From a virus, in the IMG/VR virus record IMGVR_UViG_3300037264_007739, positions 1-64,000 of that record: 64,000 nt of DNA. The stretch is one strand, 5' to 3'. The position numbers and the translations under genes are program-made. This document shows, in pieces, positions 46,801 through 55,432 of the stretch (positions are counted from its first letter, which is position 1; every line of letters starts with the position of its first letter). The notes under the pieces are model-generated. The model was given only the letters and a program-made list of their open reading frames with translations. It made no database searches and was not told the DNA's origin.

Positions 46801-47522
46801 GAGACCGCACGCTCAGCACGCGCCAGCACCGGGCCGACATTCTGCGAGAATCCGGCAATGAGCTTCGCCCTATTGGTTTTGTTCCGCTTCGAGCCTGTGA
46901 GATGGCCTTCGCCGTCGATGAAGCCAGATAGCCAGCCGGCTTCGTAACTCATGTCCTGCTGCCATGGTCGTCCGATCCAGACAATTCGTGAGGCGTGACC
47001 ACCAGGTCGCCTGGCGCGTATGAGCTGTTGAATCGTGCTCCAGCCCGCTGTGTTACTCCGCCTTCGGCAGAGCACACCATGATCGTCCGTTCCAATCAGC
47101 TCGCCATCCGCAAGCATGACCCGGGTGGTCGGACGCACGGATTTGTGGACGCCTGTAATGCGCGCAATTCTCCAGCGGCGTCCCTTCCGCTTCGTAACGC
47201 CGTAAGTTGCAGAGGTTGCATGCTCATCAATCGTGAGGATCTCATCCCCGATCTTGGCATCGCCGAGGAGGCGCCAAGTGAGATCTGCGTAAAGAACGAG
47301 TGTCTCCGGTACGAGGCAGAATGGTCTTCCTTGCTCGACTTCGTTTCGCCCCGGCGCCTCACCGATGACGGTCAGTCGCGCGTTCGGTGTGAGCTCTCCG
47401 ATGACGGGGCCGCGCCCGCAGCCAAAGAGCGGACACTCCTTGCATCTCGCACCCAGAGCGATCGCGGGTGCGTGAGCTTCATCGGCGGTCTTGGGGCGCG
47501 TAGTGAAGTTGAGCAGATCCAT
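43830..47522 (-). CDS. family A DNA polymerase with N-terminal family-4 uracil-DNA-glycosylase-like domain (SPO1-type); contains an intein
   Basis: UDG: C..CPL, IGEAPG..E...GRPF, TN...C.P, HPA. Exo: DIET, HN..FD, Y...D. Pol: ADYEQIELR, R..AK...Y...YG, IHD. Confidence 0.93.
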   Translation of the reverse strand: MDLLNFTTRPKTADEAHAPAIALGARCKECPLFGCGRGPVIGELTPNARLTVIGEAPGRNEVEQGRPFCLVPETLVLYADLTWRLLGDAKIGDEILTIDEHATSATYGVTKRKGRRWRIARITGVHKSVRPTTRVMLADGELIGTDDHGVLCRRRSNTAGWSTIQQLIRARRPGGHASRIVWIGRPWQQDMSYEAGWLSGFIDGEGHLTGSKRNKTNRAKLIAGFSQNVGPVLARAERAVSSLGFSLRAKEESRKNGVVCARRHIAGGFNASLRFLGVTRPTRLLNDLVRMLGSRPPEARLSESEVLSKDTHGAREVVDIQTTAGTFIANGFVVHNCGASGVELDQSLAQGGLARNDCTITNTILCQPPEDFDDYLEKLTRAHKKACEDAEKRGLPPPERKISPLEACAPRLLYEMNVSASKTVLAVGGKALRAMAHHYGVSYGLNVRSTRGNTVLSTIKGQHGSPAVMPDGTILASSLHPAFAMRNNRQYTQVVRDNIARAAHIAKRGNKIDWHEPNFAYFEKWPEDDETRVRIIEEHSAWFVANAGVARLTVDIETDSIGVRCLIRVVGMGMTVSSLIGQQERVISAPLLWRSGREFWRNRSHRTRVEDAIRRAIDTCHLTFHNGLFDTGVLLRLGLMTDVSKIWFDTMVGQKNTDSNDLPHDLGFCARQFTEAPLWKHDVDHKADENTEKDSDLHLYNSKDVLITMRIQPIIENRIVECGNVPQFRLDSNLAPIARDMGRLGLFIDEKERGDLSLKFNKITRGLTDKIRTIVARNDFNPRSPPQVKDFLYGQKGYAPPLNTEGYEWEPGDDASSSTPSLMKLLDFGVDDQAEQFINAELEFRACDKLRGSYIDNLKVHYDWTVMHDETITWKGDVKAMRAFLACLGQLDPVIIDNAEILPARPEISWMPVTWKIHVIPGGRWVCEPTIQNWPSRGWTVDGKPTNMRKMIIAPPGHVIVGADYEQIELRIYGVVADDQYVLRSFKETLVVNGKDHSDPHCLNAATIMAEHESDIMPLYGEFMRKHFYGTKDEKSEMKYIRTVAKRVCYLKNYGGEEDKLFSAMSSERDKATGKRVFPNLQPSRVAEWEERWEKRHPETKRWHRRVHDFVRRNGYAMTPIMSQRKRFFVGGPNKKNAPPNHEIQGAAGEIKNEAILRLHEEIPFGKWSRYTGLCMDIHDYLAAFVPEERADETIKIFNKCMRTEMTCADGWKMPIFAEAKASRNLADNA
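46515..47318 (-). mobile_element. intein with LAGLIDADG endonuclease, 268 aa
   Basis: PF|CLVPETLV...T.DH...GWLSGFIDGEG...V.DIQT...FIANGFVVHN|CGASG. Confidence 0.93.
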
Positions 47523-47546
47523 GCGATACTCGAGGCGCTGATCGTG

Positions 47547-47591
47547 AAAAGACGGGACCGGGTCGTGAGTGCGCCTCCCACGACCCGGTCC
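47547..47591 (-). terminator. 13-bp hairpin with U tract between ssb and pol
   Basis: GGACCGGGTCGTG / CACGACCCGGTCC followed by CGTCTTTT on the - strand. Confidence 0.65.
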
Positions 47592-47610
47592 TGAGCCATC
47601 CGAATCCGGA

Positions 47611-48288
47611 CTACAGGATCCCGAGCGCGCCGGTCTTCGGCGCCGACTGCTGGGGCTGCTGCGTGTTCTGCGCGCCGTTCGCGTTCGTGTTCGCCGGCTG
47701 TCCACCACCGAGGTTCAGACCGCCCGACTGGCCGCCGCTGGCTGCCGGAGCGCCGCCCGCGACCTGCGGCGGGAGGTTCCGGTGATGCTGGTTGAGCCCC
47801 TTCGACTCGGTGTACTTGCCCTTGTACGTGAAGTTCGCGATCTCGGAGTTCCACGCAGTGGAGCCGTCATCGCGCTGGAACGAGCGCGCCCGAACCTCGT
47901 AGTACACCGTCTTGCCCGTGAGCTGCGACTGGATGACGGCCGAGTCGAGGTTCTGTCCCTCGAGCGAGCGCGCCTTCGCGATCGAGTCCTCATCGGACAT
48001 CGTCTCCGAGTACACGGAGCCGACGACGTCGAGCAGACCGAGCACGTTCGGCTTCCCATCCGAGCGCAGGCCGGTGACCGGCACCCACTTCTTCGCCTTC
48101 ATGCCCTTCGCCTCGGGCTCTTCGCACCCGATCGTGAAGACGAGCATGTTGTTCTTCGACTCCTTCGCGACCGCCTCTTCGATCTTGAGGATCTTGCCGA
48201 ACGTCTTGCCCTCGAACGGGTAGAGATCGCCTCCGCCCTCGTACGGCGTGTAGTCCTTGGCTCCTGTGAAACTGATCGTAAAGCCCAC
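47611..48288 (-). CDS. single-stranded DNA-binding protein (DUF669-like)
   Basis: SKNNMLVFT OB-fold pattern; Gly/Gln tail; next to the Sak4 and nuclease genes; AGGA SD with GTG start. Confidence 0.65.
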   Translation of the reverse strand: MGFTISFTGAKDYTPYEGGGDLYPFEGKTFGKILKIEEAVAKESKNNMLVFTIGCEEPEAKGMKAKKWVPVTGLRSDGKPNVLGLLDVVGSVYSETMSDEDSIAKARSLEGQNLDSAVIQSQLTGKTVYYEVRARSFQRDDGSTAWNSEIANFTYKGKYTESKGLNQHHRNLPPQVAGGAPAASGGQSGGLNLGGGQPANTNANGAQNTQQPQQSAPKTGALGIL

Positions 48289-48386
48289 TTTGCTATCCTG
48301 CCTTTCCTTTTGTGTGTGCACACACGCCCGATACCGTTTCACGCCACCACCGCTCGGAGCCGACAGCGAGAGCGCGTTGAGATTGC

Positions 48387-49250
48387 TTACGTCGAGTAGC
48401 CGCACTCCTTGATGACGACCTCGAGTGGCTCGTATCTGAGCTCGTGGAGACGATCGATCGTGATGCCGCGGATCTTCGCGTGCTGATCGACCGGCACCTT
48501 CCATACGTGTCTTGGGCCCTTTGGCCCTGACGCTGCGCTAAGGTCGAGCGAGCCACCTCCATCCTCGAGCTGCGAGAGGAGCGAGAGGTGCGCTGCCGCG
48601 CCGATGATCTTCGACGTTCGCTGGTTCGGCATCGTCGGTCCGCCCATCTTGCCGTCGCCGCCCTCGGTGTCGTGGCAGACCATGACGAGGTTGGCGCCCA
48701 TCGAGAGGATGGTGCGGAAGCGGTCGATCACCTCGCGCGTCCATACTTGGAGAGCGCCGTGGTGCGCAGGCCCGTGTCGATTCTTCTCGACGGCGTTGCC
48801 GGCGAGGTCGCGGCCCGTGGTCATCTCGCGGATGATCTCGACGAGGAAGCGATCCCAGAACACGGAGCCCTCGTCGACGATGACGTTCCGGAAACGTGGT
48901 GGCCGCCCGGCCTCCTTGTCCTGCGAGAGCGCTCGCGTCACGTCGATGACGACCTGCTCGAACGTCTCGCGCTGCGGGACTTTGACGGGCTCGCCGTCTT
49001 TGTCGAAGCGGACGGGCGCACCGTTGACGCTGTATTGATCGACGACGACGGTCTTGAGCGGCGGCTTCTTGCCGAGCGTCTTTGCTTCGGGCTCTTTGAG
49101 CCGCGTGTTCGTGTAGAACTGATCGAGGTTCTCTTCGGACGCGACGTAGAGCGCGTCTTGAAACGCCCACAACGCCTCGGACGTCTTCCATCGGCCTGGT
49201 GGGCCGTAGACAACGAAGAAGCCTTTTCGCCCGCCGTTATTGCTTGCCAT
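48387..49250 (-). CDS. Sak4-like / AAA_24 ATPase
   Basis: VYGPPGRWKT, VIVDE.S, VMVCH; nuclease-ATPase-SSB synteny. Confidence 0.75.
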   Translation of the reverse strand: MASNNGGRKGFFVVYGPPGRWKTSEALWAFQDALYVASEENLDQFYTNTRLKEPEAKTLGKKPPLKTVVVDQYSVNGAPVRFDKDGEPVKVPQRETFEQVVIDVTRALSQDKEAGRPPRFRNVIVDEGSVFWDRFLVEIIREMTTGRDLAGNAVEKNRHGPAHHGALQVWTREVIDRFRTILSMGANLVMVCHDTEGGDGKMGGPTMPNQRTSKIIGAAAHLSLLSQLEDGGGSLDLSAASGPKGPRHVWKVPVDQHAKIRGITIDRLHELRYEPLEVVIKECGYST

Positions 49251-49500
49251 CCCTCACCTCGATCTCGATCTCGACGTCCTTCTTGAAGGACGCCGCGACG
49301 ACAACTTTCGCGAGCGCGAGCACGACTGATTGATCCGTGGCCGCCACCCAACCACGGGCCAAGCAACGATGCACGGTTCTGTTCTCGAGCATCCAAAAAA
49401 GACCGCGACGCCCTCGCTCGATGAGGAGGAAGATCGGTCTTTGCTTCGTCTTCGGTGCTTGCGCTAGCCCGTCATCATCAGACTCCCTTCCCTCCGCCAC
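49237..49500 (-). CDS. hypothetical protein
   Basis: Fills the gap between the nuclease and ATPase genes. Confidence 0.5.
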   Translation of the reverse strand: MAEGRESDDDGLAQAPKTKQRPIFLLIERGRRGLFWMLENRTVHRCLARGWVAATDQSVVLALAKVVVAASFKKDVEIEIEVRDGKQ

Positions 49501-50503
49501 TTCTCATTCCTCCAATGGTCACGATCGTCGATGGTGCTCCTGCGATCGGCTTGTGCATATCGTGCGTGCTCCGGAAGGAGCTGTTCATGATCGCCTGCTG
49601 CTCCTGCTTCGTGCCGGATGCGCAGAGATCGTGGTAGTCGCACTTGCCGTACCGCCCCCAGCACGAGGAGAAGTTCGGCGTCGGCGTCTCGCCGCGCGCG
49701 ATCTTCCCCATGATCGATCGTTCCTTTGCAACATATTCGCGCGCCGCGCGTGGCACCGCCTGATAGGCGAGCGCCGGGACCGAGATCAAGTTTCGATCGA
49801 AGTCGTACGGCGGGCGCTGCTTCACACGTTGAATGACGAACCCGCGGATCATTCGTCCGCCGAGCTTCTTCACATTGGACGGCGCACGAAGGATGTGCAG
49901 GTTCATGAGCACCTGCCAGTTCATCTTCCACTCTCCGTCGTCCTTCCACGGATCGAGCCGGTCCTTGCCCCCGTAGCCCCCGCCCGTCGACTTGTGATCG
50001 ACGATCCAGAGATCGCCATTCGACTCGATCACGAGATCCGTTCTGCACGTCACGATCTCGGAGTCGAGCGTCGAGTCCGGGCCGCCCGGATCGAGCTCGC
50101 CGATCGTCGCCTCGAACTCCTCCTCGACGAAGACCGGCTTCCACGTATCGCCCGCGAAGCGATGCTTGAACGCCTCGTAGACTTCCTTCGCAACGCGGAC
50201 GAGCTCCGGATGTCCCTCGCCGTCGTCCTCGAGCGCGTCCGAGAGCGACTTCTTGTGGAACCAGTCCGGCGGCTTCGCCATCAGCGACGCGTAGTGATAC
50301 GCGAGGCAGGTGTGGATCAGCGTGCCCTGAAGTCGGTTCGGCGGGTCGTACTTCGTGATCAGCCCGTAGACCGTGCGCAACGTCCAGAGACGCTCGCACG
50401 CCGTCGACGCAAGACGGTGCGGACCCCGCTTGCTCGAGCCGCCGTGCTGCGGCGAGGTCGACATCCGGTCCGGCGAGAGCGTAAGTGGAGTCGCGAGTGC
50501 CAT
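49478..50503 (-). CDS. Cas4/RecB-like PD-(D/E)xK exonuclease with Fe-S cysteines
   Basis: C.R, GT.IH, D.V...IVDHKS, Q..., C......C.Y..LC. Confidence 0.85.
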   Translation of the reverse strand: MALATPLTLSPDRMSTSPQHGGSSKRGPHRLASTACERLWTLRTVYGLITKYDPPNRLQGTLIHTCLAYHYASLMAKPPDWFHKKSLSDALEDDGEGHPELVRVAKEVYEAFKHRFAGDTWKPVFVEEEFEATIGELDPGGPDSTLDSEIVTCRTDLVIESNGDLWIVDHKSTGGGYGGKDRLDPWKDDGEWKMNWQVLMNLHILRAPSNVKKLGGRMIRGFVIQRVKQRPPYDFDRNLISVPALAYQAVPRAAREYVAKERSIMGKIARGETPTPNFSSCWGRYGKCDYHDLCASGTKQEQQAIMNSSFRSTHDMHKPIAGAPSTIVTIGGMRSGGGKGV

Positions 50504-50508
50504 AAGCG

Positions 50509-51126
50509 CTATCTGTGACCATGATCCTCTATCCCGGTCAAGGCAGCTTGCTTGTAGGTCAGCCCAAGCCGAATGAACCGAATCGTCTTGGGCGCAAGTC
50601 CGAAATGACGTGCGATTTCTCGCGTGGGTAGATCCGATTGCCGGATTTCCTCCGCTTGCCGGTCCGTCAGTTTCCTCTTCTCACTTCGCTTACCGCTTGT
50701 GTTCCTGCCCTTTTGGATCATGTCGTGCACGTTGTCAGTACGCGTTCCGAGGAATAGATGATCCGGATTCACACACGCCCGAACGTCGCAACGGTGCAGT
50801 ACACAGAGCCCTGATGGGACGGGTCCTTGCTGTAGCATCCAACTCACAACATGGGCTCGCCCTTTTTGCTCTGTTCGTTTTCCGATAGCGAGCACGCCGT
50901 AGCCGCTGCGGGTGATATATCCGATCCAGAGAAGGCATCCGCGCTCTGTAGGGATGTGACAGATCTTCGCTTTGATGACGAGCTCGATCGACTTCTCGAT
51001 GCGCGCGATCGCCGCACGGTTCTCTTCGAGCTGCTCTTCGACTGCCGCGCAGATCGACCCGAGGTTTCCGTTCGGGTCGACTGGGCCCAGACGCGCTTCG
51101 AGCGATTCGCGCACGCGCCCCATCAT
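50509..51126 (-). CDS. HNH homing endonuclease
   Basis: GCLLW.G...GYG, AH.VSW, VLHRCD..ACVNPDHLFLGT..DN, KLT..Q..EIR HTH. Confidence 0.88.
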   Translation of the reverse strand: MMGRVRESLEARLGPVDPNGNLGSICAAVEEQLEENRAAIARIEKSIELVIKAKICHIPTERGCLLWIGYITRSGYGVLAIGKRTEQKGRAHVVSWMLQQGPVPSGLCVLHRCDVRACVNPDHLFLGTRTDNVHDMIQKGRNTSGKRSEKRKLTDRQAEEIRQSDLPTREIARHFGLAPKTIRFIRLGLTYKQAALTGIEDHGHR

Positions 51127-53168
51127 TCGACCTCGTCGTCGTAGGCACCGAGATCGGTGTCCACGCCTTTCATCATGGCCTTGATGATCTGCGCCAAGTT
51201 CTCCTTGCCGACGCCGTGGGCGAGCGCGTTGCGCAGCTCATCGGCGCCTTTCTCGTTCACGACCTCGGCGAGCGTTCGGACCTTGGGGAGCACGATCGAT
51301 TCGATGTGCTCGTCCACGCTGCCGCGCACGATGTAATAGAGGATCGAGAGCCCGGTGATGCCGACTTCGTACGGTCGGTCTTCGGCTTGGAGGAGCGCCG
51401 CCGGCTGCCAGTGCAGATCGGCGAAGTGAACGCTCGACGCTCCTTTTAGGCTGATCGCCACCTGAACGGAGTCGATGGTCGCGACGAAGACGCCGGCCTT
51501 CGGGTGCTCGCGGAACGCACGCGCCATCTCGAAGCGCCCCTGCGGTGATGTATCGCCGTGCACAGTCCAGATCTTCGTGTCGACCTCGCGCATCCGCGAC
51601 TTGACGTCGTGCTTCTTGCACGCGGCCTCGATGGCCTTGCCCATCTTCTCGGCGGATGCACGGAGGTACACGAAGACGACGCACTTGTTTCCCTCGCCGA
51701 GCTCGCTGATGACGTTCTCGGTGACGAAGTCGACCTTCGCATCGAAGGTCTTCTTGAGAAGGGAGGCGAGCCGCGCTTCGTCATTAGACCCGCGGGGCTT
51801 CTTCGAGCCGACGTCTCCTGCGTCGACGCGCACGACCTGGCGCACCTTCGGGGGCATCTGCGACAGGATGAGATTCCTCGGGCGTTGGATCTTGAACATT
51901 GGGAGCCGCACCTTGAGCTCCGTGTCCACGTGGATGCTTCGACCGTCAGCCTTCCAGCCGTACTCGTCCTTCATGCCTTCGCAGTATCGGGCGTGGAACG
52001 CGAACGGCAGGCGATCGGTCTGCGACGTGCCGGTGAGCGCGCCTTTGCTGATCGCGTCGAGCGGGCCCCACAAGTCGCGCGTGAATCCAAAGATCGGTGT
52101 GCCAGTGAGCGCCCAGACAATGTCGAAGTTCTCGGTGACCTCGACGACGCGATCGCGCCGCGTCTGCCCCTTGCGCGACGAGTCCGTCGAGAAGCCGCGG
52201 ATCATATGCGCCTCGTCGAGGATGCCGAGGTCGAATCGGTGCGACGCGAGCACCGGCGCCCAGCCTTGCAAGTTCTCTTGCACGTGCAGCTTGCCGGCTG
52301 CATCGCTGTTCTTCTGAGCAACGAGAATGTCGTAGTTGCAGACGACGTACTTCGCGTTCTCGATCGCAGCGTGAAGCTCATCGAGGCAGAGGACACACGG
52401 CTCAATGAGCCCGCGCGTGTTCCATGATGGCGGCGCGTCATTATGCTTCGGGCACTCGGCGATCAGCGCGCCACTCACGTCCCATTCCCAGACGTACGTG
52501 TCGAAGACCTTGTAGCCGTTGGCCTGCCCGTTTCGCATCTTGCACACGGCGCAGTAGGCGTCGTCGACGCGACCGCGTGCATCGCACGTTCGGCAATAGC
52601 GCTTGGCGAAGTCGCCGGCGCGGCCTTCAAGGATCAGCGCCTCCTCCTTGAGCCACTTCGCGATCTCTTCGGCCCAGACGTACTTCGCGAGCGCCGGACA
52701 GACAACGAGCGTGCGTTTCGCGTCGACAAGGACGCTTGCTGCGAGTGCCATGGCGCTTTTTCCTGACCGCATCGGGTCGCACTGCATGGCGTAGGCGCGG
52801 CGCGCGAGGAAGAGCGCGCCCTCCTTTTGATACGGTCGAAGTTTTGCGGGGAGCTCGAGCCGGCGGTAGCGTTCGAGGCCGGGGAGTGCGGCGGCTTCGG
52901 CTTTGAGCGCCTCGTCCGACAGGTTCTCTTCGGTCGGGGGTGGCGGGCAGGGAAGGCCGAGATGCTCGGCCAGCATCGGTGCGATGTCCCAGGTGCAGGC
53001 AACGCCGCCCGGCGCCCGCGCGATACCTGGAATCGATGTCAGCTCCCGAAGGCGCGGCCAGGGGAGCTGCACGGCGAAGAACGCCGGGCGCTCTCCCCGA
53101 GCGCCGAGGGGCGGAACATAGGGCATGCCGGGGACCCTCGCATGGGGCCAGGATGTGGTCAAGGTCAT
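51123..53168 (-). CDS. SNF2-family helicase with Zn-finger insertion
   Basis: LRPYQ.EG, GKS, VVCP, NYD, LDEAH, LTGTP, QAEDR; AGGAG SD before 53168. Confidence 0.88.
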   Translation of the reverse strand: MTLTTSWPHARVPGMPYVPPLGARGERPAFFAVQLPWPRLRELTSIPGIARAPGGVACTWDIAPMLAEHLGLPCPPPPTEENLSDEALKAEAAALPGLERYRRLELPAKLRPYQKEGALFLARRAYAMQCDPMRSGKSAMALAASVLVDAKRTLVVCPALAKYVWAEEIAKWLKEEALILEGRAGDFAKRYCRTCDARGRVDDAYCAVCKMRNGQANGYKVFDTYVWEWDVSGALIAECPKHNDAPPSWNTRGLIEPCVLCLDELHAAIENAKYVVCNYDILVAQKNSDAAGKLHVQENLQGWAPVLASHRFDLGILDEAHMIRGFSTDSSRKGQTRRDRVVEVTENFDIVWALTGTPIFGFTRDLWGPLDAISKGALTGTSQTDRLPFAFHARYCEGMKDEYGWKADGRSIHVDTELKVRLPMFKIQRPRNLILSQMPPKVRQVVRVDAGDVGSKKPRGSNDEARLASLLKKTFDAKVDFVTENVISELGEGNKCVVFVYLRASAEKMGKAIEAACKKHDVKSRMREVDTKIWTVHGDTSPQGRFEMARAFREHPKAGVFVATIDSVQVAISLKGASSVHFADLHWQPAALLQAEDRPYEVGITGLSILYYIVRGSVDEHIESIVLPKVRTLAEVVNEKGADELRNALAHGVGKENLAQIIKAMMKGVDTDLGAYDDEVE

Positions 53169-53272
53169 TTCGTCGCTCCTCGTGCGAAAGTTTTCATGTG
53201 TAGGTTTGACGCGCCGGGCGCGAAGGATTTTGACCGATACGGTGTCGTTCCCGTTGCGATAGGTCGTGCCAT

Positions 53273-55132
53273 ATGGCAACGTCGCCCCCCATGACGCGAA
53301 AGAAGCCCGAGCTGACAGTCGTCGACGGCGAGAGAGACGCTGCCGACGACGCGCAGCCGAGGCCGGTCAAACGGCCGGGCCAAAAGATCGGCGACTTCAC
53401 CGTCCCATACGGGTACGAGATCTGGAGCGACGGCCTGTACACCATCTCGACGCCGACGCCCGACGACCCATCCGAGCCAAGTCTGAAGGACTGCCCAAGT
53501 CCGGCGCAGCGGACGAATCTTCGCCGGATATGTCATGAGCCAGTGTGGATCCGTCGCTTCGGACGCGTGCTCGACTCGGACGAGCAACTTCTCGAGCTCG
53601 CCTACAAGGATGCGCTCACCGGCGAGATCGTTGCCACCTGGGTCGACCGCCTCCAGATCGCCTCGAAGCAGGCGATCACAGCCCTCTCCAGGAACGGTGT
53701 CCCCGTCACCGAGGGGACCTCGATCTCCCTCATGCACTTTCTTGACGCAGCGCTCCATCTGAACGGCGGCAAGCTCGAGATCCACCAGATCGTCCGGCGA
53801 ACGGGCGCCCACGAGATCAAAGAGGGCATAGGCTGGATGATCGGCGACCGCTGGATCGGACCGATCAACACCCGTGTCGTTCCCGACCCGCGGAGCCGGG
53901 CCGACTTCTCGGACGGCTTCACTGTCTCGGGCGACGAGGATCAGTGGTTCGCGACCTTCAAGCGCGTCGCCGAGATCGGCCCGGTCGCCCGTTGGCTCAT
54001 CTACTCGGCCTTCGCCGCGCCGCTCCTGCGCTTCGTCGACGAGCGGACCTTCGTCATTCACCACTGGGGCGACTCCGGCACCGGCAAGACCGCCCTCGCG
54101 AAGTTCGCGATGAGCGCCTGGGGCGACCCGAATCGCCTGATGATGACATTCAACCGGACCAAGCTCTCCTTCACCGAGACGTTCAACTACCTCGACGACG
54201 TCCCAGTCCTCTTCGATGAGCTTCAGGTCGCGAACCGAGATGACATATTGGCGGCGATCTACTCCCTCGTGCTCGAGCAGCACCGGATGCGCGCCGGCCA
54301 GTCTGGCGGTCTCCAGGCCCGAGGCGGTGGCTGGCACACGGTCGTGCGGACCACCGGCGAGGAGGAGATCGCCGGCCGTGACGGCAAGGTCGCCGACCTT
54401 GGTGGCGCCGCCAACCGCACGATCCAGATTGGCGTGCCGGTGCTCGTGCCCGAGCAGGCCCGCGAGGTCCACAAGTGGCTCGCGAAGAGGCACTACGGCT
54501 GGGGCGCGATGCGCTTCCTCTCTCAGCTCTCGACCATCGCCGGCCTCCCAGACGGGCAAGGGAAGGCGCTCCTGACCGAGCGCTTCACCCAGATCCGTGA
54601 CGAGGTCACGGCGCGCTCGGTCTCGACGCCGACGCTCCACGCCCGCGTTGGGCAGCTCGCCGTCGTCGCCCTCGCGCAGTACCTCGCCGATCGCTGGTTC
54701 TTCTCAGCGAGCCCAGACGTCGCGCTCGAGTGCGCCATCGCCGACGCGGTCGTAGTCGCCGCCGCCCTCTCCACGGGCGAGAACCGCACGCCGCTCGCCG
54801 ACGAGGCTCTTCAGCTTCTCCACGACCACTTCGTCGGGCACAGGCACCTCTGGTTCGACCTCGCCAACGAGGCCGAGGAGAAAACCGTCAGTGAGGGGCG
54901 CCAGAAGCAGATGTTCGGCGTCCTCGCCCCAGGCGAGATCTGGCTCATCCAGCGTGAAGCCAACAACCTGCTGAAAAAGCACAGCTTTCCTCCGCGCCGT
55001 GTCTGGGCCGACCTTCGGGACCGCGGCCGGCTGCTCCTGCCGCCGAGCGCCAAAGGCACATTCGGTAGCCCGCGCAGACATGGTAGCCTCTACGCGAAGG
55101 TCTATGTCATTGATCGCGCTGGCCTTTTCTAA
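53273..55132 (+). CDS. DUF927-domain (Cch-like) replicative helicase
   Basis: H..GDSGTGKT, S.WG.P, P...DE, W......TGE, G...R, HYG. Confidence 0.85.
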   Translation: MATSPPMTRKKPELTVVDGERDAADDAQPRPVKRPGQKIGDFTVPYGYEIWSDGLYTISTPTPDDPSEPSLKDCPSPAQRTNLRRICHEPVWIRRFGRVLDSDEQLLELAYKDALTGEIVATWVDRLQIASKQAITALSRNGVPVTEGTSISLMHFLDAALHLNGGKLEIHQIVRRTGAHEIKEGIGWMIGDRWIGPINTRVVPDPRSRADFSDGFTVSGDEDQWFATFKRVAEIGPVARWLIYSAFAAPLLRFVDERTFVIHHWGDSGTGKTALAKFAMSAWGDPNRLMMTFNRTKLSFTETFNYLDDVPVLFDELQVANRDDILAAIYSLVLEQHRMRAGQSGGLQARGGGWHTVVRTTGEEEIAGRDGKVADLGGAANRTIQIGVPVLVPEQAREVHKWLAKRHYGWGAMRFLSQLSTIAGLPDGQGKALLTERFTQIRDEVTARSVSTPTLHARVGQLAVVALAQYLADRWFFSASPDVALECAIADAVVVAAALSTGENRTPLADEALQLLHDHFVGHRHLWFDLANEAEEKTVSEGRQKQMFGVLAPGEIWLIQREANNLLKKHSFPPRRVWADLRDRGRLLLPPSAKGTFGSPRRHGSLYAKVYVIDRAGLF

Positions 55133-55398
55133 AGGCGCTACCACAAGCCCCCCAGTTCACCACTTTTTTGAAGATAGACTCTAAAACTTGACAGGTAAAG
55201 GGCGATTTACTTGGGGGGTCGATCTATATATATCCTTTACGTGTGCGGTCTATACTAGTCTTTTATCTAAAAGATCTAGTAGTAGTAGTAGTAGTAGCGC
55301 GTATGTACCTGATCTACCTTTCCTTTTTCTATTACCAGAAAGGGGAAACCCCTATGGTAGCGTTTCAGTAGCCGAGGTAGCAAACCGACTGATATCTA
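55133..55398. other. AT-rich non-coding region, candidate replication origin
   Basis: Sharp drop in GC, (TAG)7, repeated GATCTA-like motifs; directly after the DUF927 gene. Confidence 0.6.
55277..55297 (+). repeat. (TAG)7 trinucleotide repeat
   Basis: Read directly from the sequence. Confidence 0.95.
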
Positions 55399-55427
55399 TT
55401 GACGATGTCGTCGACGTTATGTATTAC
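55399..55427 (+). promoter_or_regulatory. promoter TTGACG-N17-TATTAC
   Basis: 17-nt spacer; ATG at 55433 is 5 nt after the -10. Confidence 0.65.
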
Positions 55428-55432
55428 GTGTC

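Noticed and set aside
32939-47522. Z-genome or hypermodified-base pathway
   Set aside because: MazG, kinases and PolA are present, but no PurZ, DatZ, thymidylate-synthase-like or glycosyltransferase gene is visible in the window.
47523-47708. N-terminal extension of the polymerase as given in the ORF track
   Set aside because: It overlaps ssb and a terminator hairpin and is low-complexity; ATG at 47522 is the plausible start.
49478-50503. Cas4-like gene as part of a CRISPR-Cas system
   Set aside because: No array or other cas genes; it lies in the standard phage nuclease-Sak4-SSB recombination module.
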